This document shows, piece by piece, positions 1-8,578 of a DNA stretch of 64,000 bases. Position numbers and translations under genes: made by a program. The number at the start of each line of letters is the position of its first letter. The stretch's first letter is position 1. This DNA comes from Bacteroidota bacterium (GTDB taxonomy: Bacteria; Bacteroidota; Bacteroidia; Flavobacteriales; Flavobacteriaceae), in NCBI GenBank assembly GCA_039820925.1, contig JBCBPD010000002.1:21887-85886 (forward strand). The letters are read 5' to 3'. The notes below the pieces were generated by a model, which was not told the origin of the DNA, ran no database searches, and saw nothing but the letters and a program-made list of their open reading frames with translations.

Positions 1-603
1 ATTACCTACCCCGATGAATTTCACATTTTAAATGAAGACAAATTTGTTTGCCGTGCATTGGACAACCGCGCAGGCGGATTCATGATTGCTGAAGTAGCCC
101 GTTTATTGCATGAAAACAAGGTTAAGCTACCTTTCGGTTTATATATTACCAATTCCGTACAAGAAGAAATTGGACTGCGCGGTGCTGAAATGATAACAGA
201 AACCATCAAACCCAACGTCGCCATTGTTACCGATGTTACGCATGATACGACAACTCCTATGATTGACAAAAAGGTTCAAGGAGATTGTTCCATGGGGAAA
301 GGCCCTGTGGTATCTTATGCACCTGCAGTGCAACAAAAACTGCGTGAACGCATTATTGAAACTGCTGAAGCCAAAGAGATTCCTTTTCAACGGCAAGCTT
401 CTTCAAGATACACAGGAACGGATACAGATGCCTTCGCATACAGCAATGGCGGAGTAGCCTCAGCATTGATTTCTTTGCCCTTACGCTACATGCATACAAC
501 CGTTGAAACCGTTCATAGGGATGACGTGGAAAACGTGATTCGTTTGATTTACGAAACCCTCTTGACTATAAAATCCGGGGAGACTTTTAGTTATTTCGAT
601 TAA
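1..603 (+). CDS. M42 family metallopeptidase (5'-truncated by window edge)
   Basis: Frame is open from base 1 (ITYPDEF...RALDNRAGG). Motifs ALDNR, VQEEIGLRGA, DVTHD, GTDTDA and PLRYMHT are typical of M42. Confidence 0.9.
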   Translation: MTYPDEFHILNEDKFVCRALDNRAGGFMIAEVARLLHENKVKLPFGLYITNSVQEEIGLRGAEMITETIKPNVAIVTDVTHDTTTPMIDKKVQGDCSMGKGPVVSYAPAVQQKLRERIIETAEAKEIPFQRQASSRYTGTDTDAFAYSNGGVASALISLPLRYMHTTVETVHRDDVENVIRLIYETLLTIKSGETFSYFD

Positions 604-623
604 GCATTTAAAAGAATTTAAGG

Positions 624-1163
624 ATGGATGAATACGTTGACATCCTTGATGAAGAGGGAAACTACACGAATACCACCCTTTTGAAATCAGAAGCGCACCG
701 ACAGGGGCTGTTTCATTCAACCGTACACATTTGGTGTTATGACCCTTTAGGGTCTGTTTTGCTACAACAACGCGGCAAGCACAAAAAAACGTTTCCATTG
801 CTTTGGGATGTTTCGGTAGCGGGTCATGTGGCAGCTGGCGAAAGTATGGAACTGGGAGCACAACGGGAGATTTCCGAAGAGATTGGCGTTTCAATTCAGA
901 TTCAGAAGCTACAAAAACTCAAAGTGTTCAAAACGGAACATCGCCACTCTGAAACGCTCTTTGACCGGGAATTTACCCACACTTTTTTATATCCTTTACC
1001 CCAAGAAACGGAACTGACTCCACAAACGTCAGAGGTAGAAGCCCTAGAATGGTTTACGCTCGAAGCATTTGAGAAAATGGTTGCCTCGGAAGATTCTCGT
1101 TTGGTTCCCAACTCAGAAAACAGATATCAAGTGGTGGTTAACGCTTTGAAAGGAAAGCTTTAA
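624..1163 (+). CDS. NUDIX hydrolase, IPP-isomerase-like
   Basis: Nudix box GHVAAGESMELGAQREISEEIG; LLQQRGKHKKTFPLLWDVSVAGH. Confidence 0.8.
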   Translation: MDEYVDILDEEGNYTNTTLLKSEAHRQGLFHSTVHIWCYDPLGSVLLQQRGKHKKTFPLLWDVSVAGHVAAGESMELGAQREISEEIGVSIQIQKLQKLKVFKTEHRHSETLFDREFTHTFLYPLPQETELTPQTSEVEALEWFTLEAFEKMVASEDSRLVPNSENRYQVVVNALKGKL

Positions 1164-2539
1164 AACTCCCAACTGGGTGGTTCTATAGGCGCATCCAAAG
1201 AAAACTGGTGTTGTTTTCCACTAGCCATATCTTTTATAATGTAATATCCCCCTTCTAGTTCTTTAGGACCCAACAGGATAACACAAGGGACTTTTCGCCT
1301 ATCTGCATATTTCATCTGCTTTTGCATTTTAGCCGCAGTAGGATAAAAATCAACATTGTGGCCCATCTGTCTGTAACGCTTGACGAGTTTCATTGCAGCC
1401 AAAGCTTCTTTATCACCAAAGTTGAGGCATAGTATATGACTGGGGAGATTGAAATATTCAGGAAACAGCCCGAGTTCTTCCAATACCAAATAGATGCGGT
1501 CCAAACCAAAAGAAATACCAACGCCACTAACGTCTTTTAATCCAAAAATCCCAGTCAAGTCGTCATAACGTCCACCGCCACCAATGGACCCCATAGCTAT
1601 CCCTTCTGGCGCGGCCACTTCGAAAATTGCACCTGTATAATAGTTTAATCCACGAGCTAAGGTGACGTCCAATTCTAGTTTTGCAGTTTGTAAACCTAAT
1701 TCTTCGACCCAGGTATAGATTTCTTCTAGCTCTCCTACCCCTTCCAAACCAATCTCGGATTCAGATAAGAGCTTTTTCAATTGCTCAAACTGCTGGCTAA
1801 TATCCCCTTCCATTTGGAAAAGCGGGGCTGCTCTTTCAATCGCATGAGCCGATAATCCCCGCTCCATCATTTCGGCTTTGACTTTCTCTTCTCCTATCTT
1901 GTCCAACTTATCTAAAGCAACGGTAAAATCAATCAAAAGATGCTGTGCTCCAATGACCTCGGCTACTCCAGAAAGGATTTTTCGATTATTCATTTTGATG
2001 GTACAGCCTTCTAATCCCAAATCAGTAAAAATCGCATCATACAAGCTGACGAACTCAACCTCTTGCAAAAGCGATTTTGCCCCGACCACATCAGCATCGC
2101 ATTGGTAAAACTCGCGAAAACGCCCTTTTTGCGGACGGTCTGCTCTCCACACGGGTTGGATTTGGTATCGCTTGAAAGGAAAGGCAATCTCATTTTGGTG
2201 CATCACCACATAGCGGGCAAAAGGAACCGTTAAGTCATAACGCAGCGCTTTTTCTGTAATTTTTGGAGCTATTGTGGTTGAATTTTTTGAACTATAGGTG
2301 ACATCGTCCACTTTGGAGATAAAGTCACCAGAGTTCAGAATTTTGAAAATCAATCTATCCCCTTCTTCTCCATATTTTCCTAAAAGCGTTTCGGAATTCT
2401 CGAAAGATGGCGTCTCGATAGGCTCAAAACCATACCGTTCAAAATGTTTTTTGATGGTTTCGGTAATGTGCTGGCGTTTGGCTACTTCTGAAGGCGAAAA
2501 ATCTCGGGTTCCTTTAGGTAGAGATGGTTTTTGCGGCAT
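1160..2539 (-). CDS. hisS: Histidine--tRNA ligase
   Basis: PKGTRDF, RYDLTVPFAR, YQIQPVWRADRPQKGRFREFYQCDAD, LARGLNYYTG, GGGRYD. Start placed at ATG 2539, just downstream of the promoter. Confidence 0.97.
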   Translation of the reverse strand: MPQKPSLPKGTRDFSPSEVAKRQHITETIKKHFERYGFEPIETPSFENSETLLGKYGEEGDRLIFKILNSGDFISKVDDVTYSSKNSTTIAPKITEKALRYDLTVPFARYVVMHQNEIAFPFKRYQIQPVWRADRPQKGRFREFYQCDADVVGAKSLLQEVEFVSLYDAIFTDLGLEGCTIKMNNRKILSGVAEVIGAQHLLIDFTVALDKLDKIGEEKVKAEMMERGLSAHAIERAAPLFQMEGDISQQFEQLKKLLSESEIGLEGVGELEEIYTWVEELGLQTAKLELDVTLARGLNYYTGAIFEVAAPEGIAMGSIGGGGRYDDLTGIFGLKDVSGVGISFGLDRIYLVLEELGLFPEYFNLPSHILCLNFGDKEALAAMKLVKRYRQMGHNVDFYPTAAKMQKQMKYADRRKVPCVILLGPKELEGGYYIIKDMASGKQHQFSLDAPIEPPSWEF

Positions 2540-2556
2540 GATTTCAAATTCTCGTG

Positions 2557-2564
2557 CAAATATA
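2557..2564 (-). promoter_or_regulatory. Bacteroidota housekeeping -7 promoter element for hisS
   Basis: Minus strand TATATTTG matches TAnnTTTG, 17 nt upstream of the start codon. Confidence 0.7.
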
Positions 2565-2700
2565 CATGGATTCAAGCTTTGGATTCATCAATTCAAATTG
2601 CGCATTGATGAATTCCATCTGATTGATGCATCCAAAAGAATGTAATATTACAATCAGTATTGTAAAGTAAACACCCCCAAGTGATTTCCTTTTTGCTCTT

Positions 2701-2726
2701 GAGGCCGCCGAAAGGTGGCCTTTTTT
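2701..2726 (+). terminator. Rho-independent terminator (orphan)
   Basis: GGCCGCC-GAAA-GGTGGCC followed by TTTTTT; no plus-strand CDS lies directly upstream. Confidence 0.75.
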
Positions 2727-2869
2727 ATTCAACTAGGGTCAAATTAAAACAAACCTTGCAACCATCGATTTGCTCGGGGTATCTATCAATTCAAAACAGG
2801 CATAGGTCAATTCCAGTCATTACAATAGCGAAAAAGGGATTATTCTTGGAAAACAGTCTTTAATCACTT

Positions 2870-3076
2870 ATGAAAACTACTGCTTTCTTATCGTTTGGCT
2901 TATTTATTATTATCCTTTTTGCTTCCTGCTCTAAGCAAGAAGATGATATTGGCCTGCAAGGCAGTGCAGTTATTGATAGCCATATTGATTTTTCTAGCAA
3001 TCAATCACAAAATACAAATGGCGTCAACACTCAATTTGGCGACCATGAACAAACAGATGGGCCTATAGATGAATAA
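2870..3076 (+). CDS. Small lipoprotein/lipopeptide A (68 aa), C-terminus GDHEQTDGPIDE
   Basis: MK + hydrophobic stretch + lipobox LFAS-C20; acidic SKQEDD after Cys; C-terminal 12-mer shared with the neighbouring paralog. Confidence 0.8.
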   Translation: MKTTAFLSFGLFIIILFASCSKQEDDIGLQGSAVIDSHIDFSSNQSQNTNGVNTQFGDHEQTDGPIDE

Positions 3077-3175
3077 TTAGTTTTAGTATCTCGCATTTTG
3101 CCATAGGTCCAATCAGAATCATTTTAGACTAGAAAAAGGGCCATTCTTAAGAAGTAATCTTTAAATCTAACAAAT

Positions 3176-3334
3176 ATGAAATTCAACTTGATTTTTCTGT
3201 TTAGTCTTATTGTTGGCCTATTTATGGTTTCCTGTTCTGCCGAAGATGGGGAAATAGGGATACAAAATGAGGATAATTTACACGCTATTGAAACTGGTGA
3301 CCATGAACGAACAGATGGACCCATAGATGAGTGA
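3176..3334 (+). CDS. Small lipoprotein/lipopeptide B (52 aa), C-terminus GDHERTDGPIDE; absent from ORF track
   Basis: Hand translation: MKFNLIFLFSLIVGLFMVSCSAEDGEIGIQNEDNLHAIETGDHERTDGPIDE*. Lipobox FMVS-C20; paralog of 2870-3076. Confidence 0.8.
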   Translation: MKFNLIFLFSLIVGLFMVSCSAEDGEIGIQNEDNLHAIETGDHERTDGPIDE

Positions 3335-3367
3335 TGAGTTTTTGGCATATTACTTTTTGCCAAAGGC

Positions 3368-3838
3368 TTATTCCATAATCTGTTCAAACCACTGATACAA
3401 CTCTCCTTTAGTTATAACAGCACCTTGTTGAATCAACTCGAATTTATCTTGGTTTTTATCCTCGGAATAGGCTTTTGAAGCCGTTAAATACTCTACAAAA
3501 TCGGATTGAAAATTTCGTTTGAACCAAGAAAACCCTTGTTGGGTGCGCAAATCAATTTCGGGGTTCAGTACTTTCACCGAAAAGAGTTTCATTTCTTTTT
3601 CGGTCAAATGGAACAAATGCATATGCAATTCCGAGATGTTTTCGAGGTACTCCACACGGTTTAAAACGCCTTCCCAAATCAAATCACTGAATACATCCAA
3701 TTCTTGCTCGGCAACTTCAGGTTTGTCTTTTTTTAACGCAGACCATTCCTCACCCGTAATGGACTGTGTCGCCAAAAAATTAATGAATTCCGGATGGAGC
3801 TCCTCTAGTTGCTGTTGCGTGAGACGTGTGTATTTCAT
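3368..3838 (-). CDS. Conserved Bacteroidota hypothetical protein (DUF6495-like)
   Basis: MKYTRLTQQQLEELHPEFINFLATQSITGEEW...ELDVFSDLIWEGVL. Start set to ATG 3838, downstream of TAnnTTTG (3845-3852). Confidence 0.75.
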   Translation of the reverse strand: MKYTRLTQQQLEELHPEFINFLATQSITGEEWSALKKDKPEVAEQELDVFSDLIWEGVLNRVEYLENISELHMHLFHLTEKEMKLFSVKVLNPEIDLRTQQGFSWFKRNFQSDFVEYLTASKAYSEDKNQDKFELIQQGAVITKGELYQWFEQIME

Positions 3839-3851
3839 GAGGTGCAAAAAT

Positions 3852-3883
3852 AAAAAAGGCCGTGTGGAACACACGACCTTTTT
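3852..3883 (-). terminator. Terminator hairpin downstream of the TonB receptor
   Basis: AAAAAAGGCCGTGTG-GAA-CACACGACCTTTT inverted repeat with flanking A/T tracts. Confidence 0.65.
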
Positions 3884-3904
3884 CAGATAAATCTTTAGGT
3901 ATTC

Positions 3905-6900
3905 TTAGTTGAAAATGTAGCGCACCCCAACTTGTGCCTGCCATCTGGATAGCAAACGCGTATCAGCAGAGAAGGTTTCGTTACGATTCTCATCAAAAGT
4001 ATAAATCGGAGCCTGAGTGAAATCAGGAACAAAATTGTTTGGGTCTGGGTCGGCATCTTGGAAGGATACACCCAAAACTTGGTCAAAATCTTGTCGTTCT
4101 ACAACACCCCAATTGGAATTGATAAGGTTACCTACATTAAGGATATCCAAACTAAGTTGGAACTTGTTTTTATCATTGACTTTAATGTCCTGAAGGACTT
4201 TAACGTCCCATCTTCCTCTCCAAGGCGCTAGTGCACCATAGCGCTCAGCATACTGTCCGCGTCTGTCGCTTAAGTAATCATCTTGTTGGATGAAAGCTTC
4301 AAAAGCTTCCGCTTGCCCGGGACCGCTAAAGGTCATTTGACCTATTTCAGCTGAAGTAGGAATATACAAAAGGTCGTTTATGGAAGAACCATCATTGTTG
4401 ATGTCGCCCCCATAGATGTAATTGAACCTTCCGCTTCGCGCATACTCAAAGAAAGATGAAATCGTAGTCCCTGTTTTAAAGGACTTGGACAACACCCCAA
4501 TGATTCTGTGGGTATCACCATATCTTGAATTGGATAATACGTCTCGGTTTGCATTACCTACAATTGCGTTACCTGCGAAAGCGTCTCCAGTGATTTCTGC
4601 ATCAATGGAGTTTACTTCTTTGGCATCTAGGTAGCTATAAGCCAATTGAGTGTATAGCCCGTTATCGAAAGTCTTTTGCAACTTCAAGGTAGCATTCCAA
4701 ATTCTTCCTTTATCAGAATTGGTAAATACGAAAGCACTATTGGGTCCAAATAGCTGTGCCTTATCATCGTTGGTGTACAGTTCACGATTGTCCACTCCAA
4801 CCAAATTCGAGGAAGGGTTACCCAATCCCCAGTTTTGCACGTGAGCCGCGTTGATGTCCTTGGTATAAGAAACGTCAGCGGTTAAGATAATCCCATTGTC
4901 AAAACGTTTGTCTAAACCAATATTGGTTCTCCAAACCTGTGGCCATTGGAAATCAGGGTCAACTACTTGATAGAAGAAAAAGTCTGTTCCTTGAACTTGG
5001 TTCCCCAACCAAACAAACGGGAAACGTCCTGTAAACAAACCTGAACCTCCACGAAGCTGAAGGGTTTGGTTTCCTTTGACATCCCAATTGAATCCAAATC
5101 TTGGAGAGATCAACCAATCGCTTGTAGGCAATTGTTCTGAATCAATGGTAATACGTTCATTCGTGTCTGGGTCAAAATATAGAATATCTGGAGCGTAAGT
5201 ACCTCCTTCAGCGAGTGTACCTCCTTTACGGTCAATATTTTGTGCAATTTTTTGTCTGGTATCGAAATACAAGGGACGGTCAAATCGAACACCGTAAGTA
5301 AGTTTCAAGCGGTCTGTAACGTCCCATTGGTCTTGCAGGTAGAAAGACAATTGCCCCACATTGGTCTCGGCCAAAGCCCAACCCCCAGGTGTGCCATCAT
5401 CAAATTGATTGTTGTTGTTTGCTGTTGCAATAGCAGCATCAAAAGCACCTTGGTAGAAAGCGACCAAACCAGCCTCATTGGCCGGGTCACGATACTCAGC
5501 AATGGAATTGGTGGGGAAGAAAACCCCTTGAGCGCCATACGCACCAAGGTTAAAGGAGTTGTCAAATTGGAATCTTTCGTAAGAGAAACCAACAGTATAG
5601 GTGTGGTCTCCTTTAAAGATGTTCAAGTTATCTGTAATCTGGAATACCTTCTGGTCCAAACGGTTGTTGATGGAAAACGGTTCGTGTCCAGCAATGATGT
5701 AGTTCGAACTTCCGGTCTCATCCAAAATCACGATACTTGGCGCGGGTGTTGAAAATGGATTTCTAAAATCGTCAAAGTGGGTATACCCCATCTGGAGCTT
5801 GTTGGTAGCCGAAGAGGATAAAGTAGAGTTCAATTCAACTTGTACCGAACGAATGTTATTGTTGATTTCGTAACCCGCGTTTTCAAACTGCAAGGTTTGG
5901 GTACTAGGCCCTCTAAACGTTATCGCATCTCGGTTGGCAGGTTTTCCTTTGGAAGCATTCAAGAAGTTGTAAATCACAGCCAAACGGTTGTTGTCATTGA
6001 TGTTCCAATCCAGTTTGATGATTCCTTTGGTACTTTCTTGGTCAAAATTGAAGCCTGTAATAGCACCTGGGTTGTAGAAAATATCATTTCCAGAAGCATC
6101 TTGTCCTATAACCACCTGACGGAGGATATTATCCACCAACTGCATATCTGACTGCAACACACGCGATTCACTAATTCCACCTGTACCGGTATTTGGGACA
6201 AAACCATCTGTACCGAGCTCAGTTAGGTCGTCCTTCTCAAAGTTTACGAAAAAGAAAAGTTTGTTTTTGACGATGGGTCCACCAATACTCAAACCGTATT
6301 GTGTTTGTTCCAATCCGGTTTTGGTCACATCATCGCCGTTGATTTTACCACCGGTCAAGTCATCATTTCTGAAGAAACCATATACGGTTCCGTAGAAATC
6401 GTTAGTACCACTTTTGGTTACGGCGTTTACCGAAGCGCCAGTAAATCCAGATTGAGTTACATCATATGGTGCAGTAGTTACTTGGATTTGGTCAATCGCA
6501 TCCAAGGAAATCGGCTGCGCATTGGTTTGCCCTCCAGGAGTTGCCGCATCCAAACCAAAGGGGTTGTTGAAGATGGCACCATCCAGGGAAAAGTTGTTGT
6601 ATTGGTCATTTCTACCCCCGAAAGAAAGTCCTGAGGCTCCGGAAGAAGCGGCAGGTTCCAATCGGATGAAATCGTTTGCAGACCTTGAAATGGTTGGGAG
6701 TCTTGTCAGCTCACGTCGCCCAACACTCGTTTCAGCGCCTGTACGGTCACTTCCAAAAGTTCCAGATTGGTCTGACACCACAACCACTTCGTCCAGTGCT
6801 TGGCTATCCGATGCAAGTTGGGTGCTGTAGTTAAACGTTTTACCCAATGTTAGAAAGATTTCATTTCGAACATCCGATTTGAATCCAACATAAGAAATGG

Positions 6901-7135
6901 TTACTTCGTAGGGTCCACCAATCCTTAGGTTTAATAGATTGAAACGACCTTCTTCGTTGGTAATGGCTCCGTAACGGGTTCCAGTAGGGGTATGAACGGC
7001 TACCACATTGGCACCGTAAAGGGGTTCACCCTGGTCATCCGCGACAGCACCACGGATATTTGAGGTAGTAACCTGGGCATAACCCGAGGTAATGAAGGCG
7101 AAAACCAACACCACCAAAGGCATAATTTTCTTCAT
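3905..7135 (-). CDS. TonB-dependent receptor, Oar-like, with N-terminal carboxypeptidase-regulatory-like domain
   Basis: Signal peptide; GAVADDQGEPLYGANV; GGRNDQYNNFSLDG; SGFTGASVNAVTKSGTN; C-terminal VGVRYIFN. Confidence 0.9.
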   Translation of the reverse strand: MKKIMPLVVLVFAFITSGYAQVTTSNIRGAVADDQGEPLYGANVVAVHTPTGTRYGAITNEEGRFNLLNLRIGGPYEVTISYVGFKSDVRNEIFLTLGKTFNYSTQLASDSQALDEVVVVSDQSGTFGSDRTGAETSVGRRELTRLPTISRSANDFIRLEPAASSGASGLSFGGRNDQYNNFSLDGAIFNNPFGLDAATPGGQTNAQPISLDAIDQIQVTTAPYDVTQSGFTGASVNAVTKSGTNDFYGTVYGFFRNDDLTGGKINGDDVTKTGLEQTQYGLSIGGPIVKNKLFFFVNFEKDDLTELGTDGFVPNTGTGGISESRVLQSDMQLVDNILRQVVIGQDASGNDIFYNPGAITGFNFDQESTKGIIKLDWNINDNNRLAVIYNFLNASKGKPANRDAITFRGPSTQTLQFENAGYEINNNIRSVQVELNSTLSSSATNKLQMGYTHFDDFRNPFSTPAPSIVILDETGSSNYIIAGHEPFSINNRLDQKVFQITDNLNIFKGDHTYTVGFSYERFQFDNSFNLGAYGAQGVFFPTNSIAEYRDPANEAGLVAFYQGAFDAAIATANNNNQFDDGTPGGWALAETNVGQLSFYLQDQWDVTDRLKLTYGVRFDRPLYFDTRQKIAQNIDRKGGTLAEGGTYAPDILYFDPDTNERITIDSEQLPTSDWLISPRFGFNWDVKGNQTLQLRGGSGLFTGRFPFVWLGNQVQGTDFFFYQVVDPDFQWPQVWRTNIGLDKRFDNGIILTADVSYTKDINAAHVQNWGLGNPSSNLVGVDNRELYTNDDKAQLFGPNSAFVFTNSDKGRIWNATLKLQKTFDNGLYTQLAYSYLDAKEVNSIDAEITGDAFAGNAIVGNANRDVLSNSRYGDTHRIIGVLSKSFKTGTTISSFFEYARSGRFNYIYGGDINNDGSSINDLLYIPTSAEIGQMTFSGPGQAEAFEAFIQQDDYLSDRRGQYAERYGALAPWRGRWDVKVLQDIKVNDKNKFQLSLDILNVGNLINSNWGVVERQDFDQVLGVSFQDADPDPNNFVPDFTQAPIYTFDENRNETFSADTRLLSRWQAQVGVRYIFN

Positions 7136-7179
7136 AATGAGCTAGTTATAAGTTTTTCGAGTTCCTGCAAACATAGGAC

Positions 7180-7209
7180 AAAAAAAAGAGCTATGCACGC
7201 ATAGCTCTT
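7180..7209 (-). terminator. Terminator of the rpsF-rpsR-rplI operon
   Basis: Minus strand AAGAGCTATGCGTGCATAGCTCTTTTTTT. Confidence 0.8.
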
Positions 7210-7235
7210 AACAAGTTATTAACTATAATTTGATG

Positions 7236-7688
7236 TTATTTTGCCTCGGCAATCACTTCAAATGGAAAATCTACAATTACCTCTCTGTGTAAACGGATTT
7301 GGGCGTTGTATGGCCCAACTCTTTTAATGGTTCCACCCTTGATGGCGATAAACTTTCGATCTACGGCTTGACCCGCTTTTTCCAAAGCAGCAGCCAAATC
7401 AATATTACTTACGGAACCGAACAATTTGTCACCCGCACCTACCTTAGCTGGAATTCTAATTTCCAAACCTTTAATTGCGGTTGCCTTTTCGTTCGCTTCA
7501 TCGATAACCTTCTTTTCTTTGTAGGCGCGTTGTCTTAGGTTCTCGGCCAAAACCTTTTTTGCAGAAGGTGTTGCCAATGCCGCTAGCCCTTGAGGAATCA
7601 AATAGTTTCTACCATAACCGTTCTTAACGGTTACGATATCATCCTTAAACCCTAAATCTTGTACGTCTTGCTTTAAAATAATTTCCAT
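7236..7688 (-). CDS. rplI: 50S ribosomal protein L9
   Basis: MEIILKQDVQDLG...VKNGYGRNYLIPQG, KLFGSV. Confidence 0.98.
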   Translation of the reverse strand: MEIILKQDVQDLGFKDDIVTVKNGYGRNYLIPQGLAALATPSAKKVLAENLRQRAYKEKKVIDEANEKATAIKGLEIRIPAKVGAGDKLFGSVSNIDLAAALEKAGQAVDRKFIAIKGGTIKRVGPYNAQIRLHREVIVDFPFEVIAEAK

Positions 7689-7703
7689 GCTTCTAGTACT
7701 TTA

Positions 7704-8000
7704 TTATTTCAACATATCGCCTACGTAGGGCATTAAGGCCAAGTGACGGGCACGTTTTACTGCTTGCGCCACCTTTCTTTGATACTTCAAAGAAGTTCCT
7801 GTCAATCGTCTTGGTAAAAGCTTTCCTTGCTCGTTAACCAATTTCATCAAAAAGTCAGGGTCTTTGTAATCAATGTACTTGATACCTGATTTTTTAAAAC
7901 GACAGTATTTCTTTTGTTTGTTCGTTTCAATGTTCAATGGGGTCAAATACCGGATTTCCCCATCTTTTTTTGCTTTTGCTTGTTGTTCTATTGATGCCAT
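7704..8000 (-). CDS. rpsR: 30S ribosomal protein S18
   Basis: IDYKDPDFL...[34 protein letters not shown]. Confidence 0.98.
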   Translation of the reverse strand: MASIEQQAKAKKDGEIRYLTPLNIETNKQKKYCRFKKSGIKYIDYKDPDFLMKLVNEQGKLLPRRLTGTSLKYQRKVAQAVKRARHLALMPYVGDMLK

Positions 8001-8004
8001 GAGC

Positions 8005-8343
8005 CTAAGCGTTTGTTTTTAATTTGGTTCTTCTTTTTTCCGCCCATGCGATGGCGTGCTTGTCCAACTTTACCGTAAGGAAACGCATCACACGCTCGTC
8101 GCGGATGAATTCCAACTCATAAGGAGCAATTACGCTACCTTCTACAGTAAATTCGAATAAGTGGTAAAACCCACTTTTTTTGTGTTGAATGGGATAAGCC
8201 AATTTTTTGAGTCCCCAATTTTCTTTGGCAATCATTTTGGCACCATTCTTAGTCAAGAAATCTTCAAATTTCTTTACTGTTTCCTCTATCTGGGTCTCAG
8301 ACAGAACGGGATTTAGAATGAAAACAGTTTCGTAATGGTTCAT
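8005..8343 (-). CDS. rpsF: 30S ribosomal protein S6
   Basis: [12 protein letters not shown]...[10 protein letters not shown]...[12 protein letters not shown]. Start ATG 8343; TACTTTTG promoter at 8367-8374. Confidence 0.98.
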   Translation of the reverse strand: MNHYETVFILNPVLSETQIEETVKKFEDFLTKNGAKMIAKENWGLKKLAYPIQHKKSGFYHLFEFTVEGSVIAPYELEFIRDERVMRFLTVKLDKHAIAWAEKRRTKLKTNA

Positions 8344-8578
8344 ATATACATATTTTAAAAGGAGCGCAAAAGTAATCATTTATCCTTCGCCATGCAAGAA
8401 CCCAGAAATTTCCTCGTTTAAATTAATAAGTTATTAACAAAATGAACCAATCGGAACTACATATCGTATATAGCAAAGTACACAACAGAATGGACCATGT
8501 TTACATCTTTTGTTGCCGCTTAACCCCATTTTTGTGTAATTTGCCGATGATTTAAAACCCTACAAATCACCCCATTCT

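Noticed and set aside
8344-8400. Possible S6:S18 ribosomal leader RNA upstream of rpsF
   Set aside because: Only about 23 nt lie between the TAnnTTTG element and the start codon, and there is no CCC-containing hairpin.
8442-8549. 35-aa Cys-rich ORF (MNQSELHIVY...CCRLTPFCVICR) upstream of the LytTR regulator
   Set aside because: It runs across the likely promoter region and has no signal peptide, paralog or other support; probably chance.
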